Part shown: positions 27,458-39,186 of the stretch, piece after piece | Numbering within the stretch: the first letter of the stretch is position 1 | How the letters are laid out: every line of letters begins with the position of its first letter | Origin: Escherichia coli | GTDB taxonomy: Bacteria > Pseudomonadota > Gammaproteobacteria > Enterobacterales > Enterobacteriaceae | DNA: 64,000 nucleotides | Assembly: GCF_030013595.1 (NCBI RefSeq) | Contig: NZ_CP122768.1 | Reading direction: 5' to 3' (one strand) | Notes under the pieces: model-generated | What the model was told of the DNA's origin: nothing | What the model saw: the letters and a program-made list of their open reading frames with translations, nothing else | The model's database searches: none | Made by a program: the position numbers and the translations under genes

Positions 27458-28357
27458 TCACTCCATCATCTTCTCAATCGGCAGGACCAGGATTGAACTG
27501 GCACCCAGCGCTTTCAGTTTTTCCATTGTTTCCCAGAACAGGGTTTCACTGCTGACCATGTGCATCGCTACGCGCTGTTGATCACCCGCCAGCGGCAGAA
27601 TAGTTGGGCGTTCGGCACCTGGCAGCAGGGCGATGACTTCATCCAGACGTTCGGTCGGTGCGTGCATCATGATGTATTTTGATTCACGCGCCTGGATAAC
27701 ACCCTGAATACGGGTCAGCAGTTTGTCGATCAGTTGCTGTTTGGATTCTTCCATTTCGCCATCGCGTTGTATCAGGCAGGCTTTCGAGCGATAGATAACT
27801 TCGACTTCGCGCAGGCCGTTAGCTTCCAGCGTGGCACCGGTGGAAACCAGATCGCAAATCGCATCCGCCAGTCCGGCACGCGGGGCGACTTCAACAGAAC
27901 CGTTCAGTAAGCAGGATTTAAAAGAGATACCTTTCTGGTCGAGATAACGCTTGAGCAGGTGAGGATAAGAGGTGGCGATACGTTTACCGTTTAAGGAGAG
28001 CGGGCCATCCCAGGCTTCATCAACCGGCGTTGCCAGTGAAAGTCGGCAGCCGCCGAAATCCAGACGACGCAGGGTAAAGTAGCGTGGATCTTCACCCTGG
28101 GCGCGGCGGTTAAGCAGCTCTTCTTCCAGCACGTTTTCGCCGATAATCCCGAGGTCAACCACGCCGTCCATTACCAGACCGGGAATGTCGTCGTCACGCA
28201 CGCGCAGAATATCAATCGGCATGTTTTCTGCCATCGCGATCAGGCGCTGGGTGTGAAGATTGATTTTAATGCCACAGCGCGCCAGCAATTCGCGTGAGTC
28301 ATCACTTAAACGGCCGGATTTCTGCATAGCTATGCGTAAACGAGTGTTGTCTGTCAT
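27458..28357 (-). CDS. hisG: ATP phosphoribosyltransferase
   Basis: N-terminus [17 protein letters not shown] at the ATG whose reverse complement is 28355-28357. Confidence 0.93.
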
Positions 28358-28404
28358 TTTCTTATTCCTCTTTAAACCTGTCTGAACCGTTATCAACCGC
28401 GCAA

Positions 28405-28439
28405 TAAAAAAGCCCCCGGAAGGTGATCTTCCGGGGGCT
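28405..28439 (-). terminator. his operon attenuator (leader terminator hairpin plus U-run)
   Basis: agcccccggaag-gtgat-cttccgggggct with A6 on the plus strand (U-run on the minus strand), between hisL and hisG. Confidence 0.85.
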
Positions 28440-28502
28440 TTCTCATGCGTTCATGCACCACTGGAAGATCTGAATGTCTTCCAGCACACATCGCCTGAAA
28501 GA

Positions 28503-28553
28503 CTAGTCAGGATGATGGTGATGATGGTGGTGTTTAAATTGAACGCGTGTCAT
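28503..28553 (-). CDS. hisL: his operon leader peptide MTRVQFKHHHHHHHPD
   Basis: Reverse complement of 28503-28553 encodes 16 aa with seven consecutive His codons. Confidence 0.95.
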   Translation of the reverse strand: MTRVQFKHHHHHHHPD

Positions 28554-28802
28554 AAAAGTCTCTGTGAATGTTTATTCAACTGATGTCTTTTAACCTAAAC
28601 CACTTTCACGTTAGAAAGCAAGGGCTTTTTTATATATTTTATGGCGATGGATTTGTTTAATGAATGAGCGGGGAAAGGAGGGGGCTAAGAGGACTGTCCT
28701 CTAAGCTGACGGCACCAAAAATAGCGAAGCCTGGATTTTCGTCTCACTGACAATACCTTGATCTACAAACTAATTAATAAATAGTTAATTAACGCCCATC
28801 AT

Positions 28803-28820
28803 TGTACAATGAACTGTACA
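28803..28820 (+). promoter_or_regulatory. yefM-yoeB operator: two TGTACA hexamers overlapping the promoter
   Basis: tgtacaatgaactgtaca 16 bp upstream of the yefM ATG. Confidence 0.7.
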
Positions 28821-28835
28821 AAAGAGGAGATTGAC

Positions 28836-29087
28836 ATGCGTACAATTAGCTACAGCGAAGCGCGTCAGAATTTGTCGGCAACAATGATGAAAGCCGTTGA
28901 AGATCATGCCCCGATCCTTATTACTCGTCAGAATGGAGAGGCTTGTGTTCTGATGTCACTCGAAGAATACAACTCGCTGGAAGAGACGGCTTATCTACTG
29001 CGTTCCCCCGCTAACGCCCGGAGATTGATGGACTCAATCGATAGCCTGAAATCAGGCAAAGGAACAGAAAAGGACATTATTGAGTGA
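28836..29087 (+). CDS. yefM: Antitoxin YefM
   Basis: 83-aa [34 protein letters not shown]. Confidence 0.92.
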
Positions 29088-29338
29088 AACTAATCTGGTC
29101 TGAGGAATCATGGGATGATTATCTGTACTGGCAGGAAACAGATAAGCGAATTGTTAAAAAGATCAATGAACTTATCAAAGATACCCGCAGAACGCCATTT
29201 GAAGGTAAGGGGAAGCCAGAACCCCTGAAACATAATTTGTCAGGTTTCTGGTCCCGACGCATTACAGAGGAGCACCGTCTGGTATACGCGGTTACCGACG
29301 ATTCACTGCTCATTGCAGCATGTCGTTATCATTATTGA
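29084..29338 (+). CDS. yoeB: Toxin YoeB (ribosome-dependent mRNA interferase)
   Basis: 84-aa [25 protein letters not shown]; start overlaps the yefM stop. Confidence 0.92.
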
Positions 29339-29420
29339 ACAGATTCATTCATAGAATGAATTGTCAGTTTTGATACGCTAGCGTAGCCTTATAGATCTAA
29401 GGTGTATCAGGAGATAACGG

Positions 29421-30245
29421 ATGAAAAAGGTCGCAATTGTCGGGTTAGGGTGGTTAGGCATGCCGCTGGCGATGTCACTTTCAGCGCGAGGCTGGCAAGT
29501 CACCGGGAGTAAAACCACACAAGATGGTGTCGAAGCGTCCCGAATGAGTGGCATTGATAGCTATCTGCTTCGCATGGAGCCTGAGTTAGTTTGCGATTCT
29601 GACGATCTGGATGCCCTGATGGATGTCGATGCGCTGGTCATTACGCTTCCGGCACGTCGTAGCGGCCCCGGCGATGAGTTCTATTTACAAGCGGTACAAG
29701 AGTTAGTGGATAGCGCGCTGGCCCATCGTATTCCCCGCATTATTTTCACCAGCTCAACATCTGTCTATGGCGACGCGCAAGGCACGGTGAAAGAAACCAC
29801 CCCGCGTAATCCGGTGACCAACAGTGGACGAGTATTAGAAGAACTCGAAGACTGGCTGCACAATTTACCCGGTACTTCGGTCGATATTCTGCGTCTTGCG
29901 GGGCTGGTCGGACCGGGACGTCATCCCGGACGCTTCTTTGCCGGAAAAACCGCGCCTGATGGTGAACATGGTGTTAATTTAGTCCATTTAGAAGATGTTA
30001 TTGGCGCTATCACTCTGTTGTTACAGGCACCTAAAGGCGGACACATCTATAATATATGTGCGCCAGCTCACCCTGCGCGTAATGTTTTCTATCCGCAGAT
30101 GGCCCGTTTACTGGGGCTGGAGCCTCCGCAGTTCAGAAATAGTCTGGACAGCGGCAAAGGTAAGATTATTGATGGCAGTCGGATTTGTAATGAACTGGGA
30201 TTTGAATACCAGTATCCCGATCCGCTGGTAATGCCGCTGGAGTAA
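29421..30245 (+). CDS. yeeZ: NAD(P)-binding Rossmann-fold protein YeeZ
   Basis: 274-aa ORF; synteny. Confidence 0.85.
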   Translation: MKKVAIVGLGWLGMPLAMSLSARGWQVTGSKTTQDGVEASRMSGIDSYLLRMEPELVCDSDDLDALMDVDALVITLPARRSGPGDEFYLQAVQELVDSALAHRIPRIIFTSSTSVYGDAQGTVKETTPRNPVTNSGRVLEELEDWLHNLPGTSVDILRLAGLVGPGRHPGRFFAGKTAPDGEHGVNLVHLEDVIGAITLLLQAPKGGHIYNICAPAHPARNVFYPQMARLLGLEPPQFRNSLDSGKGKIIDGSRICNELGFEYQYPDPLVMPLE

Positions 30246-30290
30246 ACGATCACGCCAGCAGGACGCCGCATGCACTGCAAGGGGGCGTGT

Positions 30291-31220
30291 ATGAAACCAC
30301 TGCTGGATGTGTTGATGATCCTCGATGCTTTAGAAAAAGAAGGCAGTTTTGCGGCGGCGTCGGCCAAACTCTATAAGACGCCGTCCGCTCTGAGTTACAC
30401 CGTTCACAAGCTGGAAAGCGACCTTAATATTCAATTGCTTGATCGTAGCGGTCACCGCGCTAAATTCACCCGTACCGGAAAAATGTTATTAGAGAAAGGG
30501 CGGGAAGTTCTGCATACCGTGCGAGAACTGGAAAAGCAGGCGATCAAACTGCATGAAGGCTGGGAAAACGAGCTGGTGATTGGCGTGGACGACACGTTTC
30601 CTTTTTCTCTGCTTGCGCCACTGATTGAAGCTTTTTATCAACATCATAGCGTGACGCGCCTGAAGTTTATCAATGGCGTACTCGGTGGTTCCTGGGATGC
30701 CCTGACTCAGGGGCGAGCGGATATTATTGTTGGCGCGATGCATGAGCCACCATCTTCCAGTGAGTTTGGTTTTTCACGGTTGGGCGATCTGGAACAAGTC
30801 TTTGCGGTCGCGCCTCATCATCCGTTAGCCCTGGAAGAAGAGCCGTTAAACCGTCGTATTATTAAGCGATATCGGGCGATTGTGGTGGGGGATACTGCGC
30901 AGGCAGGCGCTTCTACGGCCTCACAACTTCTCGACGAACAAGAAGCCATTACCGTTTTCGATTTTAAAACCAAGCTGGAGCTGCAAATTAGCGGCCTCGG
31001 CTGCGGCTATTTACCCCGTTATCTGGCACAACGTTTTCTCGATAGTGGCGCGTTAATAGAGAAGAAAGTGGTCGCCCAAACTCTCTTTGAACCCGTCTGG
31101 ATTGGCTGGAACGAACAGACCGCAGGGCTTGCCAGCGGCTGGTGGCGGGATGAAATTTTAGCAAATAGTGCGATCGCCGGTGTTTATGCAAAATCTGATG
31201 ACGGAAAATCAGCCATTTAA
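30291..31220 (+). CDS. yeeY: LysR-family transcriptional regulator YeeY
   Basis: N-terminus MKPLLDVLMILDALEKEGSFAAASAKLYKTPSALSYTVHKLE (HTH). Confidence 0.85.
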   Translation: MKPLLDVLMILDALEKEGSFAAASAKLYKTPSALSYTVHKLESDLNIQLLDRSGHRAKFTRTGKMLLEKGREVLHTVRELEKQAIKLHEGWENELVIGVDDTFPFSLLAPLIEAFYQHHSVTRLKFINGVLGGSWDALTQGRADIIVGAMHEPPSSSEFGFSRLGDLEQVFAVAPHHPLALEEEPLNRRIIKRYRAIVVGDTAQAGASTASQLLDEQEAITVFDFKTKLELQISGLGCGYLPRYLAQRFLDSGALIEKKVVAQTLFEPVWIGWNEQTAGLASGWWRDEILANSAIAGVYAKSDDGKSAI

Positions 31221-31486
31221 AGAAAAATTATTATGACAAGCCTCTCATTCTCTTGTCATTTCCCCCCCATTTAGGCACAATGCGCCGCTGTCAAAAAATG
31301 ACTAAAAACCGACGTTTCATCAGCGTCGGTTATTTTTTGCTTCAAACCAATCATTCATACCAAGAGGCCGGGCTTCGTACCGGATAGATATTTACTAAAA
31401 ATCGACAGTTGTTGTCGCTGAGGAATCCAAAAAAATGGGGCAATTTTTTGCTTACGCGACGGTTATCACCGTAAAGGAGAATGACC

Positions 31487-32845
31487 ATGTCGCATAACGT
31501 TACTCCAAACACCTCTCGCGTGGAATTGCGTAAAACGCTTACGTTAGTTCCGGTTGTAATGATGGGTCTTGCCTATATGCAGCCGATGACGCTGTTTGAT
31601 ACTTTTGGTATCGTTTCAGGCCTCACGGATGGTCATGTGCCGACAGCCTATGCGTTCGCATTGATTGCGATCCTGTTTACGGCTCTGAGCTACGGGAAGC
31701 TGGTTCGCCGCTATCCTTCTGCTGGCTCTGCATACACTTACGCCCAGAAATCCATTAGCCCGACGGTTGGCTTTATGGTGGGTTGGTCTTCTCTGCTCGA
31801 CTATCTGTTCGCGCCGATGATCAACATTCTGCTGGCGAAAATTTATTTTGAAGCTCTGGTGCCTTCCATCCCATCGTGGATGTTTGTGGTGGCGCTGGTG
31901 GCCTTTATGACCGCCTTTAACCTGCGTAGTCTGAAATCCGTAGCGAACTTCAACACTGTAATCGTCGTGTTGCAGGTAGTGCTGATCGCGGTGATTCTGG
32001 GCATGGTTGTTTATGGCGTATTTGAAGGTGAAGGCGCTGGTACGCTGGCGAGCACTCGTCCGTTCTGGTCTGGCGATGCGCATGTTATCCCGATGATTAC
32101 CGGGGCGACAATCCTGTGCTTCTCCTTTACCGGCTTTGACGGCATCAGCAACCTGTCGGAAGAAACCAAAGATGCAGAGCGCGTAATCCCGCGTGCGATT
32201 TTCCTGACCGCGCTGATTGGCGGCATGATCTTCATCTTTGCAACTTACTTCCTGCAGCTGTACTTCCCGGATATCTCTCGCTTTAAAGATCCGGATGCGT
32301 CACAGCCTGAAATCATGCTGTACGTGGCAGGTAAAGCATTCCAGGTTGGTGCGCTGATCTTCTCCACCATTACCGTACTGGCGTCCGGTATGGCGGCGCA
32401 CGCAGGTGTTGCGCGTCTGATGTACGTAATGGGTCGTGACGGCGTATTCCCGAAAAGCTTCTTCGGTTATGTACACCCGAAATGGCGTACTCCGGCAATG
32501 AACATCATCCTGGTTGGCGCGATTGCCCTGCTGGCAATCAACTTCGACCTGGTAATGGCTACGGCGCTGATTAACTTTGGTGCGTTGGTGGCGTTCACCT
32601 TCGTTAACCTGTCGGTCATCTCGCAGTTCTGGATCCGTGAGAAGCGTAACAAGACGCTGAAAGATCACTTCCAGTATCTGTTCCTGCCGATGTGTGGTGC
32701 GCTGACCGTTGGTGCGCTGTGGGTTAACCTGGAAGAAAGCTCAATGGTTCTGGGTCTGATCTGGGCTGCTATCGGTCTGATTTACCTGGCTTGCGTCACC
32801 AAGAGCTTCCGTAACCCGGTTCCGCAGTACGAAGACGTAGCATAA
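31487..32845 (+). CDS. plaP: Putrescine importer PlaP (APC family)
   Basis: N-terminus [18 protein letters not shown], 12-TM permease. Confidence 0.88.
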   Translation: MSHNVTPNTSRVELRKTLTLVPVVMMGLAYMQPMTLFDTFGIVSGLTDGHVPTAYAFALIAILFTALSYGKLVRRYPSAGSAYTYAQKSISPTVGFMVGWSSLLDYLFAPMINILLAKIYFEALVPSIPSWMFVVALVAFMTAFNLRSLKSVANFNTVIVVLQVVLIAVILGMVVYGVFEGEGAGTLASTRPFWSGDAHVIPMITGATILCFSFTGFDGISNLSEETKDAERVIPRAIFLTALIGGMIFIFATYFLQLYFPDISRFKDPDASQPEIMLYVAGKAFQVGALIFSTITVLASGMAAHAGVARLMYVMGRDGVFPKSFFGYVHPKWRTPAMNIILVGAIALLAINFDLVMATALINFGALVAFTFVNLSVISQFWIREKRNKTLKDHFQYLFLPMCGALTVGALWVNLEESSMVLGLIWAAIGLIYLACVTKSFRNPVPQYEDVA

Positions 32846-32865
32846 TCATCTTTTCTAATAATAAA

Positions 32866-32900
32866 CCGGAGTCGAATGAATATTTGGCTCCGGTTTTTTT
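32866..32900 (+). terminator. Rho-independent terminator downstream of plaP
   Basis: ccggagtcgaatgaatatttggctccgg followed by T7. Confidence 0.8.
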
Positions 32901-33023
32901 ATTCTTTTTTATCGACATCCTCATTAATAACCATTTGTTCTAATTTAGAGAATTTGGTTATTGGTCTGCATTCCACCAGTCATGAATAATTTCCTCATTA
33001 ACATTCATCTGGTTAATTAATTT

Positions 33024-34082
33024 ATGTTTTCAATGATATTAAGCGGGCTAATTTGTGGTGCTCTGCTGGGATTTGTCATGCAGCGTGGGCGTTTTTGCCT
33101 GACAGGTGGTTTTCGCGATATGTATATCGCGAAAAATAATCGCATGTTTTACGCCTTGCTGATTGCAATTTCGGTACAAAGCGTGGGGGTTTTTGCGTTA
33201 ATTCAGGCGGGCCTACTGACTTACGAAGCCGGGGCGTTCCCGTGGCTTGGTACTGTTATAGGTGGGTATATCTTCGGGCTGGGAATTGTTCTGGCGGGTG
33301 GATGTGCCACCGGGACCTGGTATCGCGCGGGTGAGGGATTGATCGGCAGTTGGATCGCGCTTTTCACTTATATGGTGATGAGTGCGGTGATGCGTTCTCC
33401 ACATGCCAGTGGTTTAAATCAAACCTTGCAGCACTACAGTACTGAACATAACTCTATTGCTGAGACTTTTAATTTGTCTGTGTGGCCGTTGGTTACCGTT
33501 TTGCTGGTGATAACGCTCTTGGTGGTGATGAAAGAGTTGAAGAAGCCAAAACTCAAAGTCGCGACCTTACCGCCGCGCCGAACCGGGATCGCTCATATTC
33601 TGTTTGAAAAACGCTGGCATCCCTTTGTCACTGCTGTACTCATCGGTTTGATTGCGCTTTTAGCCTGGCCCCTGAGTGAAGCAACCGGACGCATGTTTGG
33701 GTTAGGAATCACTTCCCCAACGGCCAATATTCTGCAATTTCTGGTCGCGGGTGACGTGAAATACATTAACTGGGGCGTTTTCCTGGTGTTAGGGATCTTC
33801 GTGGGGTCATTTATTGCAGCCAAAGCGAGCCGTGAGTTCCGCGTTCGCGCAGCTGATGCACAAACAACATTACGTAGCGGGTTAGGTGGTGTACTGATGG
33901 GCTTCGGTGCCAGTATTGCAGGTGGTTGCTCTATCGGTAATGGACTGGTTATGACTGCAATGATGACCTGGCAGGGCTGGATTGGCCTTGTATTTATGAT
34001 TCTCGGAGTCTGGACTGCGTCCTGGCTTGTGTATGTTCGACCGCAGCGTAAGGCGCGACTGGCAACTGCTGCGGCAAATTAA
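33024..34082 (+). CDS. yeeE: Thiosulfate transporter YeeE (TsuA)
   Basis: 352-aa membrane ORF with duplicated CxxGG-type motifs. Confidence 0.85.
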   Translation: MFSMILSGLICGALLGFVMQRGRFCLTGGFRDMYIAKNNRMFYALLIAISVQSVGVFALIQAGLLTYEAGAFPWLGTVIGGYIFGLGIVLAGGCATGTWYRAGEGLIGSWIALFTYMVMSAVMRSPHASGLNQTLQHYSTEHNSIAETFNLSVWPLVTVLLVITLLVVMKELKKPKLKVATLPPRRTGIAHILFEKRWHPFVTAVLIGLIALLAWPLSEATGRMFGLGITSPTANILQFLVAGDVKYINWGVFLVLGIFVGSFIAAKASREFRVRAADAQTTLRSGLGGVLMGFGASIAGGCSIGNGLVMTAMMTWQGWIGLVFMILGVWTASWLVYVRPQRKARLATAAAN

Positions 34083-34095
34083 GTAAGGTGTAAAG

Positions 34096-34323
34096 ATGGC
34101 GATTAAAAAGCTGGATGTGGTGACGCAGGTCTGTCCGTTTCCACTCATAGAAGCAAAAGCAGCACTGGCAGAAATGGCCAGCGGCGATGAGTTGGTAATT
34201 GAGTTTGATTGCACCCAGGCAACTGAAGCAATCCCACAGTGGGCGGCAGAAGAAGGGCATGCCATCACCGATTATCAGCAGATTGGCGATGCAGCGTGGA
34301 GTATCACCGTTCAAAAAGCCTGA
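34096..34323 (+). CDS. yeeD: TusA-like sulfurtransferase YeeD (TsuB)
   Basis: 75-aa ORF with CPFP motif (VCPFPLIEAK). Confidence 0.88.
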   Translation: MAIKKLDVVTQVCPFPLIEAKAALAEMASGDELVIEFDCTQATEAIPQWAAEEGHAITDYQQIGDAAWSITVQKA

Positions 34324-34334
34324 CTCAACATTGA

Positions 34335-34358
34335 CCTCCGCCGTACCAGCGGCGGAGG
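34335..34358. terminator. Hairpin between convergent yeeD and sbcB
   Basis: cctccgccg-tacca-gcggcggagg. Confidence 0.6.
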
Positions 34359-34365
34359 CTTCAAA

Positions 34366-35793
34366 TTAGACGATCTCTTCCGCGTACTGCCAAAGCGCTT
34401 TTAACAGCGCCACTTTCTCTTTGTTATCGGCATATTGTTGTGCCAGCATCTGCAATTCATCTGCATAACCTTGTAAAAACTCGGGCGTGAAGACCTGGCG
34501 GCGGTGCTCCAGCCAGCGTTGCTGCTCGGCATAATCCAGCGTCCCCGGGAAGTTGCGTGCCCGATAATTGAACAACAGTTTTTCAATCCGTTTATCAACA
34601 AAAGTGATATCCAGTGCCGGTAAATTACGTGGCTCGGTTTCCAGCACAATTTTCATTGCTGCACGATCGGCGTCACTGAAAAAGCCGTTATAAAGCTGTG
34701 CATCCACGTTATCTGAAGGCGTAAACGGTTCGGCTTCCGCGAATATCGCCACCACTTTTTCACGCACTTGCGGATTTTCACGCAGAATTTTCAGGTTATC
34801 GAGGCAATGCTGACGATTAATTCCCAGTCGGTCGGCATCTTCCGGGCGTAGCGTATTCGCCTGGGCCAGAACCGGACATTTATTGATGTGCACCAGCTTA
34901 ACCGGAACGGCGGCGTTATCGCCAAGATCGGTTTTTGCGGTATATAAACGCTCGCGCAATGTGTCGCTATCCAGTTCCAGTAATGGCGAAATGTCTCCTG
35001 CCAAATCCACCATAATTACGGCATTGCGATTTTCAGGATGCCACGCCAGCGGTGCCACCCAGCTGGTGTTGCCGCGCCATGCCCCAAACATTCCGGAAAC
35101 GTGCACCAGGGGTTTCATCTGCGGAACATCAATCAACGCCATCAGTTTGTGTTTATTGCGATGGGTAAAGAGATAATCAAACAGGCGTGGCTGACGCGTT
35201 TTTACCAGCTTTGCCATCGCAATAGTGGCGTACACATCAGCCATCGCATCGTGGGCGTTGCTATGTTCAATACCATTCGCTTTGGTTAAATGCTCAAGGC
35301 GAAAGCTCGGTAGACCGTCATCATTTTCAGGCCAGTTTATTCCTTCCGGGCGCAGGGCATAACAGGCACGCATAACATCCAGTAAATCCCAGCGCGAGTT
35401 ATCATGCTGCCAGCTCCAGGCGTAAGGATCGTAGAAATTACGATAAAAAACGTTGCGTGTGACTTCGTCGTCGAAACGCACATTGTTGTAGCCCAGAATA
35501 CAGGTCTTCGGTACGGTAAAAAGCGAGTGAATCCGGGCGGCAAATGCGGCTTCGTTTTCTCCTTTCGCCCGTGCTTCCTGCGGGGTAATACCGGTAATTA
35601 ATACTGCTCCAGGCTGGGGTAAATAGTCATCCGCGGGCTTGCAGTAAAAGACTTCGGGTTCGCCGATGACATTGAATTCGCTATCGGTGCGAATGGCTGC
35701 GAACTGTGCAGGGCGATCTAACGCGGGGTGCGTGCCAAAGGTTTCGTAATCGTGAAACAAAAAGGTAGATTGTTGCTTACCGTCATTCATCAT
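34366..35793 (-). CDS. sbcB: Exodeoxyribonuclease I
   Basis: N-terminus MMNDGKQQSTFLFHDYETFG; 475 aa. Confidence 0.92.
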   Translation of the reverse strand: MMNDGKQQSTFLFHDYETFGTHPALDRPAQFAAIRTDSEFNVIGEPEVFYCKPADDYLPQPGAVLITGITPQEARAKGENEAAFAARIHSLFTVPKTCILGYNNVRFDDEVTRNVFYRNFYDPYAWSWQHDNSRWDLLDVMRACYALRPEGINWPENDDGLPSFRLEHLTKANGIEHSNAHDAMADVYATIAMAKLVKTRQPRLFDYLFTHRNKHKLMALIDVPQMKPLVHVSGMFGAWRGNTSWVAPLAWHPENRNAVIMVDLAGDISPLLELDSDTLRERLYTAKTDLGDNAAVPVKLVHINKCPVLAQANTLRPEDADRLGINRQHCLDNLKILRENPQVREKVVAIFAEAEPFTPSDNVDAQLYNGFFSDADRAAMKIVLETEPRNLPALDITFVDKRIEKLLFNYRARNFPGTLDYAEQQRWLEHRRQVFTPEFLQGYADELQMLAQQYADNKEKVALLKALWQYAEEIV

Positions 35794-36001
35794 TAGGTTA
35801 AATCCGTTATTTCTGCTGTCTGCCAGAGTATCAAATATCACCGTGCTAATCAGCTTTAGCGCAACAATTTGACAGCGAGTGGCAACAGATCATGTCAGAT
35901 AAAAATGCGAGGGTAGTCACATTTTCTTGCACTTTATTCCAGCCAGTTCATAAGTATTTCCGTAAAAAGAACAGCTATTTGAAACTCCTGAGGGTTTGCT
36001 G

Positions 36002-37168
36002 TTGAAACGCCGTCTTATTATTGCTGCTTCTTTGTTCGTTTTTAACTTATCGTCTGGTTTTGCGGCGGAAAACATTCCTTTTTCACCTCAGCCTCCACAG
36101 ATTCAAGCCGGGTCCTGGGTACTGATGGATTACACCACCGGTCAGATCCTCACCGCGGGTAATGAGCATCAACAGCGCAATCCCGCCAGCCTGACAAAGC
36201 TGATGACGGGTTATGTCGTGGATCGCGCTATCGATAGTCATCGCATTACGCCAGACGATGTTGTCACCGTGGGGCGCGATGCGTGGGCGAAAGATAATCC
36301 AGTGTTTGTCGGTTCTTCACTGATGTTTTTGAAAGAGGGCGATCGCGTATCGGTACGTGATTTAAGCCGTGGTTTAATTGTGGATTCCGGAAATGACGCT
36401 TGTGTTGCACTGGCTGACTATATTGCCGGTGGGCAACGGCAGTTTGTTGCAATGATGAACAACTATGCCGAGAAGCTGCATCTCAAGGATACGCATTTTG
36501 AAACAGTGCATGGTCTGGATGCACCAGGCCAGCATAGCTCGGCTTATGATTTAGCTGTGCTTTCTCGCGCTATCATCCACGGCGAGCCCGAGTTTTATCA
36601 TATGTACAGTGAGAAAAGTCTCACCTGGAACGGTATCACCCAGCAAAACCGTAACGGGTTATTGTGGGATAAAACCATGAATGTTGACGGCCTGAAAACG
36701 GGTCATACTTCTGGTGCCGGGTTTAATCTCATTGCTTCGGCTGTAGATGGGCAGCGTCGTCTCATTGCAGTGGTAATGGGAGCTGACAGTGCAAAAGGTC
36801 GTGAGGAAGAGGCAAGAAAATTACTGCGTTGGGGGCAACAAAACTTTACTACGGTGCAAATTTTGCACCGTGGGAAAAAGGTCGGTACGGAACGCATCTG
36901 GTATGGCGATAAAGAAAATATCGCCCTGGGAACGGAACAAGAGTTCTGGATGGTGCTACCGAAAGCCGAAATTCCACATATCAAAGCCAAATATACCCTT
37001 GATGGTAAAGAGCTCACCGCGCCAATTAGCGCCCATCAGCGGGTAGGGGAAATTGAACTTTACGACCGTGATAAACAGGTGGCGCAATGGCCGCTGGTTA
37101 CCCTGGAATCTGTCGGAGAAGGCAGCATGTTTTCTCGCCTGAGTGATTATTTCCACCATAAGGCCTGA
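36002..37168 (+). CDS. dacD: D-alanyl-D-alanine carboxypeptidase DacD (PBP6b)
   Basis: SxxK (ASLTKLM), SGN and KTG motifs; N-terminus M(L)KRRLIIAASLFVF reached only via a TTG start at 35996 or 36002. Confidence 0.85.
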   Translation: MKRRLIIAASLFVFNLSSGFAAENIPFSPQPPQIQAGSWVLMDYTTGQILTAGNEHQQRNPASLTKLMTGYVVDRAIDSHRITPDDVVTVGRDAWAKDNPVFVGSSLMFLKEGDRVSVRDLSRGLIVDSGNDACVALADYIAGGQRQFVAMMNNYAEKLHLKDTHFETVHGLDAPGQHSSAYDLAVLSRAIIHGEPEFYHMYSEKSLTWNGITQQNRNGLLWDKTMNVDGLKTGHTSGAGFNLIASAVDGQRRLIAVVMGADSAKGREEEARKLLRWGQQNFTTVQILHRGKKVGTERIWYGDKENIALGTEQEFWMVLPKAEIPHIKAKYTLDGKELTAPISAHQRVGEIELYDRDKQVAQWPLVTLESVGEGSMFSRLSDYFHHKA

Positions 37169-37286
37169 CCTTTCTTTTGCAGCAGACTGGCAGGAGTGCG
37201 AGTCTGCTCGCATAATCAACACTCATTCCTTGTGGTTTTAATATTGCAACTATACTGTATATAAAAACAGTATCAATGGAGGCGTC

Positions 37287-37760
37287 ATGAACTACGAGAT
37301 TAAGCAGGAAGATAAACGTACCGTTGCAGGTTTCCATCTCGTTGGCCCGTGGGAACAGACGGTAAAGAAAGGCTTTGAGCAGTTGATGATGTGGGTAGAT
37401 AGCAAAAATATTGTGCCGAAGGAGTGGGTTGCTGTCTATTATGACAATCCAGATGAAACACCCGCCGAAAAATTACGCTGCGACACCGTTGTGACGGTAC
37501 CGAATAACTTTACGCTCCCCGAAAACAGTGAGGGCGTCATTCTGACAGAAATTTCAGGTGGTCAGTATGCGGTGGCGGTGGCTCGTGTAGTCGGTGATGA
37601 TTTTGCTAAACCCTGGTATCAGTTCTTTAATAGCCTCTTGCAGGACAGTGCTTATGAAATGTTACCAAAGCCCTGCTTTGAGGTTTATTTGAACAATGGC
37701 GCGGAAGATGGGTACTGGGATATCGAAATGTATGTTGCGGTGCAGCCAAAACATCACTAA
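37287..37760 (+). CDS. sbmC: DNA gyrase inhibitor SbmC (GyrI)
   Basis: 157-aa [28 protein letters not shown]. Confidence 0.9.
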   Translation: MNYEIKQEDKRTVAGFHLVGPWEQTVKKGFEQLMMWVDSKNIVPKEWVAVYYDNPDETPAEKLRCDTVVTVPNNFTLPENSEGVILTEISGGQYAVAVARVVGDDFAKPWYQFFNSLLQDSAYEMLPKPCFEVYLNNGAEDGYWDIEMYVAVQPKHH

Positions 37761-37956
37761 TTCATCTCAGGGCGGTGTGTTAACGCGATGACCACTCTTT
37801 TTTTGAAAGCGAAAAGAGTAAGATGCGCCTTTCAATTTTTTCGCTCCTGCCGGGAAATTACACTGTTCCCGGTTTGTCCGTCGGATAATTCAGAGGCGCG
37901 CCTTCTGGCCGACAGATGAGTTATGAGCGCTTTTAATCTCATTACGGAGTTTCTGC

Positions 37957-39015
37957 GTGCGTGCCGATAAGTCATTAAGCCCGTTTGAAATCCGGGTATA
38001 CCGCCATTACCGCATTGTGCATGGTACTCGGGTCGCGCTGGCATTCCTGCTCACTTTTCTCATTATCCGCCTGTTTACTATCCCGGAAAGCACCTGGCCG
38101 CTGGTCACCATGGTGGTGATTATGGGGCCAATCTCGTTCTGGGGTAACGTTGTCCCTCGCGCCTTTGAGCGTATTGGCGGTACGGTGTTGGGTTCGATTT
38201 TAGGTCTTATCGCTCTGCAACTGGAGTTAATCTCGTTACCGCTGATGTTAGTCTGGTGCGCGGCGGCCATGTTCCTTTGCGGTTGGCTGGCGCTGGGCAA
38301 GAAACCGTATCAAGGTTTATTGATTGGGGTGACGCTGGCAATTGTTGTGGGTTCCCCGACAGGTGAAATTGATACGGCGTTATGGCGAAGCGGCGATGTG
38401 ATCCTCGGTTCTTTACTGGCAATGTTGTTTACCGGTATCTGGCCACAACGGGCGTTCATCCACTGGCGCATTCAACTGGCGAAAAGTCTGACCGAGTATA
38501 ATCGGGTCTATCAATCTGCATTCTCACCGAACTTACTCGAACGCCCACGTCTGGAAAGCCATCTACAAAAACTCCTGACCGATGCCGTGAAAATGCGTGG
38601 ACTGATTGCGCCCGCCAGCAAAGAAACCCGTATTCCAAAATCGATATATGAAGGTATCCAGACCATTAACCGCAATCTGGTTTGTATGCTGGAGTTGCAA
38701 ATCAATGCATACTGGGCCACGCGCCCCAGCCATTTCGTGTTATTGAACGCGCAAAAACTTCGTGATACCCAGCACATGATGCAGCAAATACTGCTGAGCC
38801 TTGTTCATGCGCTGTACGAAGGTAATCCGCAGCCGGTTTTTGCCAATACGGAAAAATTGAACGATGCTGTGGAAGAGCTGCGTCAGTTGCTCAATAACCA
38901 CCATGACCTGAAGGTTGTGGAAACACCAATCTATGGTTATGTGTGGCTGAACATGGAAACGGCGCATCAGCTTGAGTTGCTATCGAATCTGATTTGCCGG
39001 GCCTTGCGCAAATAA
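37957..39015 (+). CDS. yeeA: Inner membrane protein YeeA (FUSC-like)
   Basis: 352-aa ORF; synteny. Confidence 0.85.
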   Translation: MRADKSLSPFEIRVYRHYRIVHGTRVALAFLLTFLIIRLFTIPESTWPLVTMVVIMGPISFWGNVVPRAFERIGGTVLGSILGLIALQLELISLPLMLVWCAAAMFLCGWLALGKKPYQGLLIGVTLAIVVGSPTGEIDTALWRSGDVILGSLLAMLFTGIWPQRAFIHWRIQLAKSLTEYNRVYQSAFSPNLLERPRLESHLQKLLTDAVKMRGLIAPASKETRIPKSIYEGIQTINRNLVCMLELQINAYWATRPSHFVLLNAQKLRDTQHMMQQILLSLVHALYEGNPQPVFANTEKLNDAVEELRQLLNNHHDLKVVETPIYGYVWLNMETAHQLELLSNLICRALRK

Positions 39016-39186
39016 TTCCTGAACTTCAGAATCATCTTGCTGCTGCTTCGATTCAGCAAGGATAAAGGGTATGATAGTGAAAAGGGATAAAAGCATTGTC
39101 ATCTGCGGCAGCTATGAGTAATGTTGGCCCTAACGAATAGCGGTTGCTTAAACGAATCCGACTCTCACATTATCAGGGGTATAAAA